From NCBI GenBank assembly GCA_043753995.1, contig JAYUVP010000323.1, positions 1 to 24,583 of the forward strand: DNA of 24,583 nt. Direction: 5' to 3'. This DNA is from Fibrobacterota bacterium (GTDB lineage: Bacteria; Fibrobacterota; Fibrobacteria; UBA11236). Of this stretch, positions 15,755-24,519 are shown one piece after another; within the stretch, counting starts at the first letter, position 1; the number at the start of each line of letters is the position of its first letter. Below the pieces are notes generated by a model. That model saw only the letters and a list, made by a program, of their open reading frames with translations. It searched no databases and had not been told where the DNA came from. Both the position numbers and the translations under genes were made by a program.

Positions 15755-18142
15755 ATGAAAAGCTTTCCCCTAAGGGCTACCTTCCAAAAAGGAATTTTTG
15801 CCGGCCTCTTGACGGTAGCCATGGCGATCCAAGCCCAAGAGGTTGTGGATACGGCAGCTGCACATACGGATTCCACGACTGCGGCGGCCCTGCCTGATAC
15901 TTCCAAAAGTTCCGTAGTGGCAAAGACTGTCGTAGCAGATTCGGTGGTTTCGCTTCCTATTCAAAAAGTGACGGGTCGTAAACGCGCTCCGAGTCGCATT
16001 GTAGATGCCACGGCTCTCAAACTCAGCGCGACCTTGCATGAGACCCCGCGCAGCATCACGGTCCTGAGTTCCGAACGCCTGAGGGACCAGAACATGACCA
16101 CGGTGGCCTCCACCATGGACTATGTCCCGGGCTTCTTCAAGAACAGCAATGCACGCGAAGGGTATCATTATTACTCCCGCGGTTATCGCATGGCTGCCGT
16201 AGACACGCGAGTAGACGGCTTCGCCGGCATCAATGCTGGCGGCGACATGAGCTCCAACCTTTTTGGCGTCGAGCAAGTGACCTTCCTGCGGGGACCCGCG
16301 GGCATCCTATACGGAGCGTCCGGTGCTCCCGGAGGCATGGTCAATGTCGTTACCAAGAAGCCCCAGGCCATTCCTGGCCGCCAATTCGACTTCCGGATAG
16401 GGCCCTTCGGAGGCAGCTCCGTAGGCAATAGCGGCGGCTATGGCATCGATGCTGACATGACCGGTCCCCTGGGCGACGACGGCCGCGTGCTCTACCGCTC
16501 CCTCGCCACCGTGGAAAACATGAATCAGTTTACGGCCAATGTCGAAGACAAGAATCGCTTCGGTGCCTTGTCCCTTACCTATAAGCTGGACGGCGAAGGC
16601 CGATATGCTTTCACCCCCATGGCTTCCTATACCCAGTTGGCCCGGCCCGATGGCCGCGGCATTTCCATTTCTCCCTCTACCTCCCGCAGCGCCAATGACA
16701 ATCAGGACGGGATCCATTTCGAAGACTTGTCTCCGATGGACGTAAACTTGTCCTCCGGTGGTCGTGAGGACCGGCAGTTCTTGAGTGGATTCGATTTCAC
16801 TGCCGCCCCCAATGAGAAAGTGAAGTTCCAGATTGGGTATCGCTACCTCAACTACGATTCGGAGGTCAACCAGTTCTCGCCTGATACGGCCACCTTGAAG
16901 CGGGCCACAGTCGGGGATGACAAAAGCTGGACCGTGCAGCGCCGCCAATCCCGCAGCGTCATCGAACGCTGGAGTCATAGCTTCGACGTCAATGGTTCTT
17001 ATGAGTTCAAACCGGAGGCCACCACTTGGTGGAAGAATGTCACCCAATTGGGCGTCAACGGCCGGTGGAATGGTAATGATCGTTCCGCCAGCGCTACCGC
17101 GAAATATAGCCAGAGCCCGATTAACATCTATACGGGCGTGGTGACCTCGGCTCTCAAGAATGACACCTTGCCTCTGACGGAAGCCGCCCTCACCAGTGCC
17201 TTCGCCTTCAACTTTTATGCGCAGGACCAGATCTCCCTCGACAATAATCGCTGGATCGCCACCCTAGGTCTCGGTTATGCCCAGGAAACCCCGAACCGAG
17301 ATTACCGTCCCACCAGTATCAATGCTGATACCGTACGGGATCAGAAGGCCTTTACTTCCACCAAATACGGCACACCCACACCCAATGCTGCCTTGCTTTT
17401 CAACGCCTCAAAATCCCTTGCTCTCTATGTCAGCTACGCCTCCAGCTATACTCTGGCCCCCATGGAACGCGAAAACAAAGCAGGCGAGTCCGGTGTGTTC
17501 GGGCCCGAACGCGGCGACAGTTACGAAACCGGCCTCAAGTACGATCTGCCCTCGCTCGCGGCCTCCTTCAATCTGGCGGTATTCCATATTGAGCGTTTTA
17601 ATGTCATGACGCAAAGCCCAACCTCCGATCTCAATTCCCACGGTATCCGCTACTACACCCAGAAGGATGGCGAGGGAGTGATCAGCCGCGGCGTGGAACT
17701 GAGCGGCGAAATGCAGCCTTTGCGGAACTGGCGCGTGAGCGCCGGAGGAGCCTACCTACTGGCGGAATACCAAAGTGATTTGGACAAGGTCTCCGATGGC
17801 GCACCCGCAGACAAGAGTCCGGAATGGTCGGGCAACCTGTTCACCCGTTATGATTTGGCTAATGGCCCAGTGCGCGGCCTAGGTGCCAGCCTGGGAGCCA
17901 CTTACCAAGGCGAGCGTCTCTCCGCGATACGCACCACCACCGCTCCCGATCCCTTAGTGCTGCCTTATTTCATCCGGGTGGACGCCGGCGTTTATTACCG
18001 CGCCAATAACAATATCGACTTCGCTTTCAATATCGAGAACCTGAACGACGATCGCCGTATCGCCCTGGATGGAACCACGGGCACTAATATCGAAATGGGC
18101 GCCCCACGGCGAATTTCGTTCCGCACCGGATATCGGATGTAA
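15755..18142 (+). CDS. TonB-dependent (siderophore-type) outer-membrane receptor
   Basis: Signal peptide, plug motifs ETPRSITVL and VEQVTFLRGPAGILYG..PGGMVNVVTKKP, barrel motifs YETGLKY, SRGVEL, NIENL and GAPRRISF. Confidence 0.92.
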   Translation: MKSFPLRATFQKGIFAGLLTVAMAIQAQEVVDTAAAHTDSTTAAALPDTSKSSVVAKTVVADSVVSLPIQKVTGRKRAPSRIVDATALKLSATLHETPRSITVLSSERLRDQNMTTVASTMDYVPGFFKNSNAREGYHYYSRGYRMAAVDTRVDGFAGINAGGDMSSNLFGVEQVTFLRGPAGILYGASGAPGGMVNVVTKKPQAIPGRQFDFRIGPFGGSSVGNSGGYGIDADMTGPLGDDGRVLYRSLATVENMNQFTANVEDKNRFGALSLTYKLDGEGRYAFTPMASYTQLARPDGRGISISPSTSRSANDNQDGIHFEDLSPMDVNLSSGGREDRQFLSGFDFTAAPNEKVKFQIGYRYLNYDSEVNQFSPDTATLKRATVGDDKSWTVQRRQSRSVIERWSHSFDVNGSYEFKPEATTWWKNVTQLGVNGRWNGNDRSASATAKYSQSPINIYTGVVTSALKNDTLPLTEAALTSAFAFNFYAQDQISLDNNRWIATLGLGYAQETPNRDYRPTSINADTVRDQKAFTSTKYGTPTPNAALLFNASKSLALYVSYASSYTLAPMERENKAGESGVFGPERGDSYETGLKYDLPSLAASFNLAVFHIERFNVMTQSPTSDLNSHGIRYYTQKDGEGVISRGVELSGEMQPLRNWRVSAGGAYLLAEYQSDLDKVSDGAPADKSPEWSGNLFTRYDLANGPVRGLGASLGATYQGERLSAIRTTTAPDPLVLPYFIRVDAGVYYRANNNIDFAFNIENLNDDRRIALDGTTGTNIEMGAPRRISFRTGYRM

Positions 18143-18171
18143 TCCCCTGGGATCGGAATTACCACTTTGGA

Positions 18172-19362
18172 ATGCAAAACATGACTTTTCGCAAAGCCCT
18201 TTTCTGGACCCATCTCATTGCTGGCCTTGCTGCCGGCAGCGTGATTCTCTTCATGGCCTTGACCGGCATTTTGATGTCTTTCGAGCCGCAAATCGTGGCT
18301 TGGGCCGAACGGGATTTGCAAACCGTGGTTAATCCCGCCTCGGGAGCTGGGCGGCTTCCGCTGGACACCCTCCTGTCCCAAGCGATTGGAGTATCACAGC
18401 GGGGACGTCCCAGCGCCGTTACCTTGCGGTCTGAACTTGGCGCTTCGGTAATGGTGTCCTTTGGCAAAGAAGGGGGCTCCGCCTATTTCAATCCGTATTC
18501 TGGCGCTTTGCTGGGCTGGGAATCGCGCACCCATGCGTTTCTTCATCAAGTCGAAGATTTGCATCGTTGGTTGGGTTCACGCAAAATCGGCAAGCCCGTA
18601 ACCGGCGCGGCTTGCCTGCTTTTTTTCTTCTTGCTGCTTTCGGGATTCTATATGTGGTGGCCACGCCGTTGGAATCGCGTCGCTTGGCGATCGGCGGCGA
18701 TTCCCCATTGGAAACTCAAGGGCCGCGCGCGCGATTGGAATTGGCATAATACCGTAGGCTTTTGGGCCGCGCCCTTGCTGCTGATCACCACCACGACCGG
18801 CCTCATCATTTCCTATCGCTGGGCCAATGATTTGCTTTTCACCCTTACCGGCAATGAGGCGCCTCCCCGTCCGCCAGAGGAAAAAGCCAAGCCCATGGGT
18901 GAACGCTTACCTCGTGGGGAAGGCAGAATGGGCGAAGGCACCGGAAAGGCCAATCGAGATCAAATGGCTGTAGCGCCACGCGCCAGCTTGGACACCTTGC
19001 TGGCCAGGGCGGAAGCCAAGATTCCCGCTTGGGCCTCCATTAACCTGCGATTGCCTCCAAAGCCCGGAGGTCCGGTCACGGTTTCCATTATCGAGCCGGG
19101 ATTTACGCGTCGCACGGCGCGTTCACAATTGACTTTGAACGCGGCCACGGCTGAAGAGGTGAAGTGGGAGCCCTATGCCGAGCAGAATTTAGGGCGCCGT
19201 TTGCGCTCCTGGGTTGTGCCCTTGCATACAGGACGAGCATTAGGAGCGGCGGGGCAATTCTTGGCCTTGTTATCGGCGTGCGCCGCCGCCCTGCTGGTTT
19301 ATACCGGCGCGGCCATGGCTTGGAGGCGGTTCTTCAAAACATCGGCGAAAAAATCCACTTAA
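18172..19362 (+). CDS. PepSY-associated TM helix protein (iron-regulated membrane protein, PiuB-like)
   Basis: FWTHLIAGL, DLHRWL, SGFYMWWP, WNWHNTVGFW and PLHTG conserved His motifs. Directly follows the receptor gene. Confidence 0.88.
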   Translation: MQNMTFRKALFWTHLIAGLAAGSVILFMALTGILMSFEPQIVAWAERDLQTVVNPASGAGRLPLDTLLSQAIGVSQRGRPSAVTLRSELGASVMVSFGKEGGSAYFNPYSGALLGWESRTHAFLHQVEDLHRWLGSRKIGKPVTGAACLLFFFLLLSGFYMWWPRRWNRVAWRSAAIPHWKLKGRARDWNWHNTVGFWAAPLLLITTTTGLIISYRWANDLLFTLTGNEAPPRPPEEKAKPMGERLPRGEGRMGEGTGKANRDQMAVAPRASLDTLLARAEAKIPAWASINLRLPPKPGGPVTVSIIEPGFTRRTARSQLTLNAATAEEVKWEPYAEQNLGRRLRSWVVPLHTGRALGAAGQFLALLSACAAALLVYTGAAMAWRRFFKTSAKKST

Positions 19363-20597
19363 GGAGAAAGTGGCGGAACCGATTTTTTCCCATCGACGCG
19401 ATAATTTTTTTCAAGGTAGGGGAAACCGCGCCATGCTACCGAGAACGGAACCTCCATTCCGTCTTTCCCCTGGCTCCGAGAATGGGGACGCCGTTGAATC
19501 GAAGTAATGCCTAAGGACTTCGCGGCCGCTTGCACACCCGCTTCTATGCTGCTCCAGGCGCCAAACTGATCCACGCCTGAATAGGACCAAGACATGGCCC
19601 CCGCATACGAAGAGTCCACCGCGTTTTGGTAAAACTGGGTTTCAGTGAGGTATCCCGCTTCGCTAATGCCCGGAAACTCGCCGATGACAATGGGCTTCCC
19701 TAAATTCCACGCGGAAGCCTTTTTATCGAAGGGGCTATAAGTCCAACCTCCGCCACGCATCCAGGAGTAATAGTGAACCTGGTAAAAATCCAGTTTGGCC
19801 AGCGAATCGCCAGTTGCCGTAATCAAGGCGCTGTCGCTCCATAGATTCCTTTCCGTACCCGTGGGGTTATTCCAATTCCATTTCAAGCTAGCAGAACCGG
19901 TCGTAACCAAGGCCTTAGGCGCCGCGCGATGAATGGCCGCCGCTAATTTTCCCGTCCAAGCTTGCAATTGAAGCGTCGTGACTCTTTGCTGGGTGCTGCC
20001 ATCCTTGTCGAGCATCCATTCCGGTTCATTACAGATTTCCCATGCTACGAGGGCGGGGTGGTTCGCATAGCGTTGCGCCAGGGGCGTCATGACTTTGTCG
20101 ATATAGGCCCGGGTATAAGTTGAATCTGTGATCAGCTTCGCATGCATTCCGGCATAAGGCCCGGCGCTGGCAGTGAAATCCTTCGCCATGTCAAAGGACC
20201 AAAGGGAAGGCATCACCAGAATTCCATGGCGCTCAGCCGCGCTGAGTATGGCGTCGAAATGGGAAAAGAATTCGGAATCCAATCCGGTCACCATGCCCTG
20301 ATTGTCGAATTCAGGCGTAGATCGCCCATCGCAGTGCACCCACCAACGCACCGAATTTCCACCCGCCTTGGCCACCGCGGAGAAAAGGCTGTCAAAAAAG
20401 GTCGGACTGTAAAGCACCCCCCAGGTGGAATGCTTGCCGACATCGGTGCCGAAAGCATTCCAAGGCACATTCACGCCGTTCAGGAAAATGGGTTTTTGAT
20501 TGAAGAGGATGCGATTGCTGAATTGAGCCGATGCGGAAAAGCAAGCCAGCAAAAGTATTCCCAGGCTCCATCGGACGACTCTAGAAAGGTTTTTCAA
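19359..20597 (-). CDS. GH5 glycoside hydrolase, probable subfamily 10 endo-beta-1,4-mannanase
   Basis: IFLNGVNVPW, GGNSVRWWVHCDGRSTPEFDNQGMVTG, WEICNEPE (acid/base), FYQVHYY and KPIVIGEF (nucleophile). Start re-called at TTG 20597 after AAGGAGA, followed by a signal peptide (..ACFSASA-Q). Confidence 0.85.
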   Translation of the reverse strand: MKNLSRVVRWSLGILLLACFSASAQFSNRILFNQKPIFLNGVNVPWNAFGTDVGKHSTWGVLYSPTFFDSLFSAVAKAGGNSVRWWVHCDGRSTPEFDNQGMVTGLDSEFFSHFDAILSAAERHGILVMPSLWSFDMAKDFTASAGPYAGMHAKLITDSTYTRAYIDKVMTPLAQRYANHPALVAWEICNEPEWMLDKDGSTQQRVTTLQLQAWTGKLAAAIHRAAPKALVTTGSASLKWNWNNPTGTERNLWSDSALITATGDSLAKLDFYQVHYYSWMRGGGWTYSPFDKKASAWNLGKPIVIGEFPGISEAGYLTETQFYQNAVDSSYAGAMSWSYSGVDQFGAWSSIEAGVQAAAKSLGITSIQRRPHSRSQGKDGMEVPFSVAWRGFPYLEKNYRVDGKKSVPPLSP

Positions 20598-20651
20598 TGG
20601 TCTCCTTTTCCTAAAATGAATATTCTCATGGCTAATGATAGAAGGTGAAGC

Positions 20652-21239
20652 ATGATTCTGGGAAATGAATTGTTGAAGCAGAATATCCGAAAGCACGCGG
20701 CCCTTACGAATGCCGAGATGGAGGTGTTCTGCTCTTTTTTCAAACCCCGCCAGGTGAAGAAAAAGGATTTCGTCTTGCGGGAGGGCGAGGTTTGTCATTT
20801 CGAAGGATTCGTTACCCAGGGATGTTTCCGGCTCTTCGCCACCGATAGGGAAGGCAATGAGACCGCCTTGTATTTCGCTGCGAAGGATTGGTGGGTCACC
20901 GACATCGACAGTTTCACCAACCAAATCCCCGCCCTTCTCTCGATTCAGGCCCTGGTAGACAGCGAAGTTCTCTTGATCGCTAAGGAGGATAAGGAGTCAC
21001 TCTATGCCCGTATTCCGAAGGTTGAAAAACTCTTTCGTATCATGACTCAAAAAACCCTGGTCGCGCTGCAACGTCGCGTCATACAGAATCACACCCTCAC
21101 TGCCGAAGAGCGCTATCTGCATTTCATCGGAACCTACCCCGATATTGCTCAACAACTGACCAATGTCCACGTCGCCTCCTATTTAGGCATCACTCACGAA
21201 TTCATAAGCAAAATACGCCGCAAGCTTGCTCGCAAATGA
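20652..21239 (+). CDS. Crp/Fnr family transcriptional regulator
   Basis: cNMP-binding domain (LREGEVC..FVTQGCFR), TAEERYLHF and HTH VASYLGITHEFISKIRRK. Confidence 0.92.
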   Translation: MILGNELLKQNIRKHAALTNAEMEVFCSFFKPRQVKKKDFVLREGEVCHFEGFVTQGCFRLFATDREGNETALYFAAKDWWVTDIDSFTNQIPALLSIQALVDSEVLLIAKEDKESLYARIPKVEKLFRIMTQKTLVALQRRVIQNHTLTAEERYLHFIGTYPDIAQQLTNVHVASYLGITHEFISKIRRKLARK

Positions 21240-21241
21240 CT

Positions 21242-21262
21242 GGCGGGGATTTATTTCCCGCC
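21242..21262 (+). terminator. Hairpin immediately after the Crp/Fnr gene (possible terminator)
   Basis: GGCGGGGA-tttat-TTCCCGCC stem with one G-U pair. Only a weak U-tract follows. Confidence 0.4.
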
Positions 21263-21270
21263 GACATTTA

Positions 21271-21284
21271 TTGAACTAGTTCAA
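21271..21284. promoter_or_regulatory. Crp/Fnr-type operator
   Basis: Perfect 14-bp palindrome TTGAACTAGTTCAA (TTGA-N6-TCAA geometry) between the Crp/Fnr gene and the MBL-fold gene. Confidence 0.7.
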
Positions 21285-21384
21285 GGCCAAGCAATGCTCG
21301 GGGCGAATATCTTCGGTTCATGCGCGAAGGACACCGGCAGGGCTGTCAGACAACTTTCCCTTCGCGCGAATGGGAGTCATTTCC

Positions 21385-22200
21385 ATGAATACGAATGCAC
21401 AAAATCTGAAATGGGATGTTTACCGAGCGGATGCTAACAGTTTCCATGTTGCATCTGTCATCGTATCGGGTGAAAAGGACGCGATACTGATCGACGCTCA
21501 ATTCACCTTGGCCGACGCACACAGAGTGGCCGCAAAAATTCTAGCGGCAGGGAAAAATCTCACAGCAGTCTACGTCAGCCATGGAGATCCCGATTATTAC
21601 TTCGGATTAGAAGTGCTTCGCCAGGCTTTTCCGAATGCGCAAATATTGTCCACTCAGCCCACTCTGGATCATATCCGAAAAACCTATGAGAAGAAGCTTG
21701 CCACTTGGGGACCGAAACTGGGTTTGAATGGGACCAAGACCATTGTCTTCCCCGAAGTTTTGCAAGGCAATACCCTGCAGCTGGAAGGGCATACCCTGGA
21801 AATCAAGGGCCTAGAAGGAGCCACCCCGAATCGCTCCTATGTTTGGATTCCGGACTTGAAGGCCATTGTCGGCGGCGTGAATGTTTATGACAACCTGCAC
21901 CTTTGGATCGCAGATGCAGGGAGCCAAGAAAAGCGCAAGGCTTGGCTCGCCATTCTGGACGATATGGAAAAGCTTAGTCCTGAGATCGTGGTGTCCGCTC
22001 ATGCCTTGGACGATCGCAACCTCAATGCCAAGGCTATCGGCTACTCCAAGAGCTACTTGATAGCTTTCGAACAAGAGGAAGCCAAAGCGAAAAATTCCGA
22101 AGAATTGATCGCCGCCATGCAAAAGTTGTATCCAGAAGCGCAGCTGGGCATTGCCCTGCAATTAGGCGCCAAGGTGTCCAAAGGGGAAATGACCTGGTAA
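21385..22200 (+). CDS. MBL-fold metallo-hydrolase (HxDPD variant)
   Basis: ILIDAQFT, YVSHGDPDYYFG, HLWIAD and VVSAH motifs. Start ATG 21385 follows GGGAG (21370 is an alternative). Confidence 0.85.
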   Translation: MNTNAQNLKWDVYRADANSFHVASVIVSGEKDAILIDAQFTLADAHRVAAKILAAGKNLTAVYVSHGDPDYYFGLEVLRQAFPNAQILSTQPTLDHIRKTYEKKLATWGPKLGLNGTKTIVFPEVLQGNTLQLEGHTLEIKGLEGATPNRSYVWIPDLKAIVGGVNVYDNLHLWIADAGSQEKRKAWLAILDDMEKLSPEIVVSAHALDDRNLNAKAIGYSKSYLIAFEQEEAKAKNSEELIAAMQKLYPEAQLGIALQLGAKVSKGEMTW

Positions 22201-22214
22201 GGGGGAAGGACGCC

Positions 22215-22604
22215 ATGACCCACTTAGAGATCGTGAAAAGCACTTACGAAGGCAAGACCTCGGAAGAGAACGGTAGGAACCTAGAGAATCGCCTGGCCGG
22301 GAACGCTTCCTGGAGAGAGGCGGAGGGTTTCCCCTATGCCGGTTTCTACCAGGGTTTTTTTGAAGTCGCGGAGAATGTTTTCGCAAAGCTGGCCGGGGAG
22401 TGGATCGATTACCGATTCATGCCTGAAGGCTATGTCGCGGAAGGGGACAAGGTCGTCGCCTATGGGACATACGAGGGAATATTCAAGCAGACGGGAAAAT
22501 CCATGCGGGCTCGCGTGGCTCATCTATGGCAATTGAAGGACGGCAAAATCATCGCCTTCGAACAATTCGTCGATAGCGTGCCTGTCGTTAAAGCAATGCT
22601 CTAA
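22215..22604 (+). CDS. SnoaL-like / NTF2-family protein
   Basis: WREAEGFPYAG, EGDKVVAYGTY and AHLWQLKDGKIIAFEQFVDS motifs. AAGGA RBS. Confidence 0.88.
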   Translation: MTHLEIVKSTYEGKTSEENGRNLENRLAGNASWREAEGFPYAGFYQGFFEVAENVFAKLAGEWIDYRFMPEGYVAEGDKVVAYGTYEGIFKQTGKSMRARVAHLWQLKDGKIIAFEQFVDSVPVVKAML

Positions 22605-22659
22605 CGACCCAACTCATGAAGGCATTCATGAGGAAATGGATCGCTTTCTCTTAAGCGGC

Positions 22660-22701
22660 TTGACCGGCGACCTATTACGGATATATATTATCCGTAATAG
22701 G
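22660..22701 (+). promoter_or_regulatory. Promoter overlapped by an Rrf2-type operator
   Basis: TTGACC at 22660-22665 and TATATT at 22684-22689. Perfect 13-5-13 inverted repeat CCTATTACGGATA-TATAT-TATCCGTAATAGG at 22671-22701. Confidence 0.8.
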
Positions 22702-22726
22702 ATTCCCCCTGTGAAAGGAGCCGTCA

Positions 22727-23206
22727 ATGCAACATCGCCTTGATTATTTCGCCACTTCCCCCCAGCTCGCCAAGATGCTCTCGGATTTGGGTATGGCCGT
22801 GAAGAAAAGTTCCCTCGGTATCGATCTCATCGATATCGCCAATATCCGCGCCTCTCAATTGAATGGTTGTGCCTTCTGCCTGGACATGCACGTGAAGCAG
22901 GCCAAAATTCATGGCGAGCGTGAGCTACGCCTCTACCATTTGCCCATATGGCGCGAATCGCCTCTTTTCACTGACAAAGAGCGGGCCGTGCTGGAATGGA
23001 CCGAGGCTATTACCCGCCTCGGCGCCGACGGTATCCCGGATGCGATCTATGAGAGCACGCGCGCCCAGCTTTCGGAACAAGAGTTGTCGGATCTCACCTT
23101 CGCCCTGGTGGTGATCAATGGCTGGAATCGCCTGTCCATAGGCTTCCGCAGCCCCCCGGGCTCCGCCGACGTCGCCTATGGGCTGACCAAAGCTGGCCTC
23201 GCCTAA
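22727..23206 (+). CDS. Carboxymuconolactone decarboxylase / AhpD-like protein
   Basis: RASQLNGCAFCLDMH (CxxC), WRESPLFTDKERA and INGWNR motifs. AAGGAG RBS. Confidence 0.9.
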   Translation: MQHRLDYFATSPQLAKMLSDLGMAVKKSSLGIDLIDIANIRASQLNGCAFCLDMHVKQAKIHGERELRLYHLPIWRESPLFTDKERAVLEWTEAITRLGADGIPDAIYESTRAQLSEQELSDLTFALVVINGWNRLSIGFRSPPGSADVAYGLTKAGLA

Positions 23207-23694
23207 TGGTTCTCAAGAACCAGGTGGAATGGGCCTTGCATTGTTGCGCCCTCTTGGCCAGGCTCCCCGCCGACCGCTTTTTACCGGCCAAGGATTTGGC
23301 CGAATTCCATGGCGTACCCAAGGAATATTTGTCCAAGGCTCTGCAAGCCTTGTCCCAGGCGGGCTTGGTGCTCACGACTTTGGGGCCCAGTGGAGGCTAT
23401 CGCCTCGCGAAGCCCCTGTCGGCCATTAGCTTCCTCGATATCGTGGAGGCGGTGGAAGGCGAGCGGTCGACCTTCGCCTGCACCGAAATCCGCATGAACA
23501 ATCCCTGCCGCCTAGCCAAGCACCGCGATGGCAAACCCTGCGCCATAGCGAGTGTCATGTACGGCGCGGATGAGGCCTGGCGGGCACATCTGCGGGCCAT
23601 CACCCTGGAGAGTATGCTCGAGACCTTGGTGAAGGAATTGCCCAAGGATTTGATGCGCGCGAGTGGGGAATGGATAGAGGGACGACTCAAATAG
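23206..23694 (+). CDS. Rrf2 family regulator, RsrR-like
   Basis: VEWALHC (E8, H12), YLSKALQAL, GPSGGYRLA, FACTEIR and PCAIA. TAATG coupling to the upstream gene. Confidence 0.9.
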   Translation: MVLKNQVEWALHCCALLARLPADRFLPAKDLAEFHGVPKEYLSKALQALSQAGLVLTTLGPSGGYRLAKPLSAISFLDIVEAVEGERSTFACTEIRMNNPCRLAKHRDGKPCAIASVMYGADEAWRAHLRAITLESMLETLVKELPKDLMRASGEWIEGRLK

Positions 23695-23757
23695 GGCGGA
23701 GTTAACAGGAAGGACAAACCGGCGTCAACTGCCGCATGCCGAGGAAAACCATTCCGC

Positions 23758-24519
23758 TCACTTTTGAAAGAAGTCCTCGATCGCCAGGCAAGTGGCTTGC
23801 GCAAAGCGCGCCTGATTTTTGGAATCGGATACATAGGCCTCGTCCGTGCTGTCGACCAATACCCCGAATTCAATTAAGACCGCAGGTACGGTATTTCGAG
23901 CCAATACAATGAGATCGTCAAACTGGTAAATGCCAAGGGTAGAGTCGAGCAGCGGGCGGTTTTCGCCATGTATCGGTTCGGCATGATGCATGGTCGGTTT
24001 TCTACCCAGGTTCAAAAGAGCGCGCGCAATACTTTGGGCAAGGGTGAGAGACTTTTGGTATTGGATGTTTTTCTGGGAAACGAAAACGGAGTATCCCCGA
24101 ATCGGTTGAATAGTCGAGAAGGCACCAACACCCCCCGAGTCGACTTTCACTAAGTATTTGGATTGAGCCGCATCATGGTGAAGAGCGATAAAACATTGAG
24201 CTTGACTCTTCTTGGAAATCGCCACGCGGTCTAAAAGAGATAAGTCCTCTCCCGGCTGCCGAGTCAGAAGGACGCGTATGCCATGGGCCGTAAGCGTATC
24301 CGCCAACAGGGAGACCAAGTGGTCATTGTAGATGACTTCCTTGATCCCGCGTAGGCTGGTCGCACCACCCTTTTTTGGGGTATGCCCCGGATCGAGGAGA
24401 ACAGTGAATTGGCTTGGTTTTTCAGACCAAGCCACCATGGCGCTACAGGCCATCGCCGCCGCAAAAAGGGCCGTTTGGCTTCGGTGCCTTTTACCCGCAA
24501 GAACCACCCTGCTTACCAA
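23758..24519 (-). CDS. N-acetylmuramoyl-L-alanine amidase (Amidase_3)
   Basis: LLDPGH, E, FIALHHD and PAVLIEFG zinc-amidase motifs after an N-terminal hydrophobic segment. Start codon uncertain. Confidence 0.85.
   Translation of the reverse strand: MVSRVVLAGKRHRSQTALFAAAMACSAMVAWSEKPSQFTVLLDPGHTPKKGGATSLRGIKEVIYNDHLVSLLADTLTAHGIRVLLTRQPGEDLSLLDRVAISKKSQAQCFIALHHDAAQSKYLVKVDSGGVGAFSTIQPIRGYSVFVSQKNIQYQKSLTLAQSIARALLNLGRKPTMHHAEPIHGENRPLLDSTLGIYQFDDLIVLARNTVPAVLIEFGVLVDSTDEAYVSDSKNQARFAQATCLAIEDFFQK

Noticed and set aside
3601..18381. Long antisense or alternate-frame ORFs (e.g. 3601..4239, 7374..7913, 13996..14664, 16307..17047)
   Set aside because: Shadow ORFs of well-supported genes in GC-rich DNA, with no motifs.
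20598..20924. N-terminal extension of the 521-aa GH5 ORF
   Set aside because: It overlaps the Crp/Fnr gene antisense. The RBS and signal peptide point to TTG 20597.
22613..22632. Hairpin CTCATGAA-GGCA-TTCATGAG
   Set aside because: No U-tract. At most a 3' stabilising stem, so not called a terminator.
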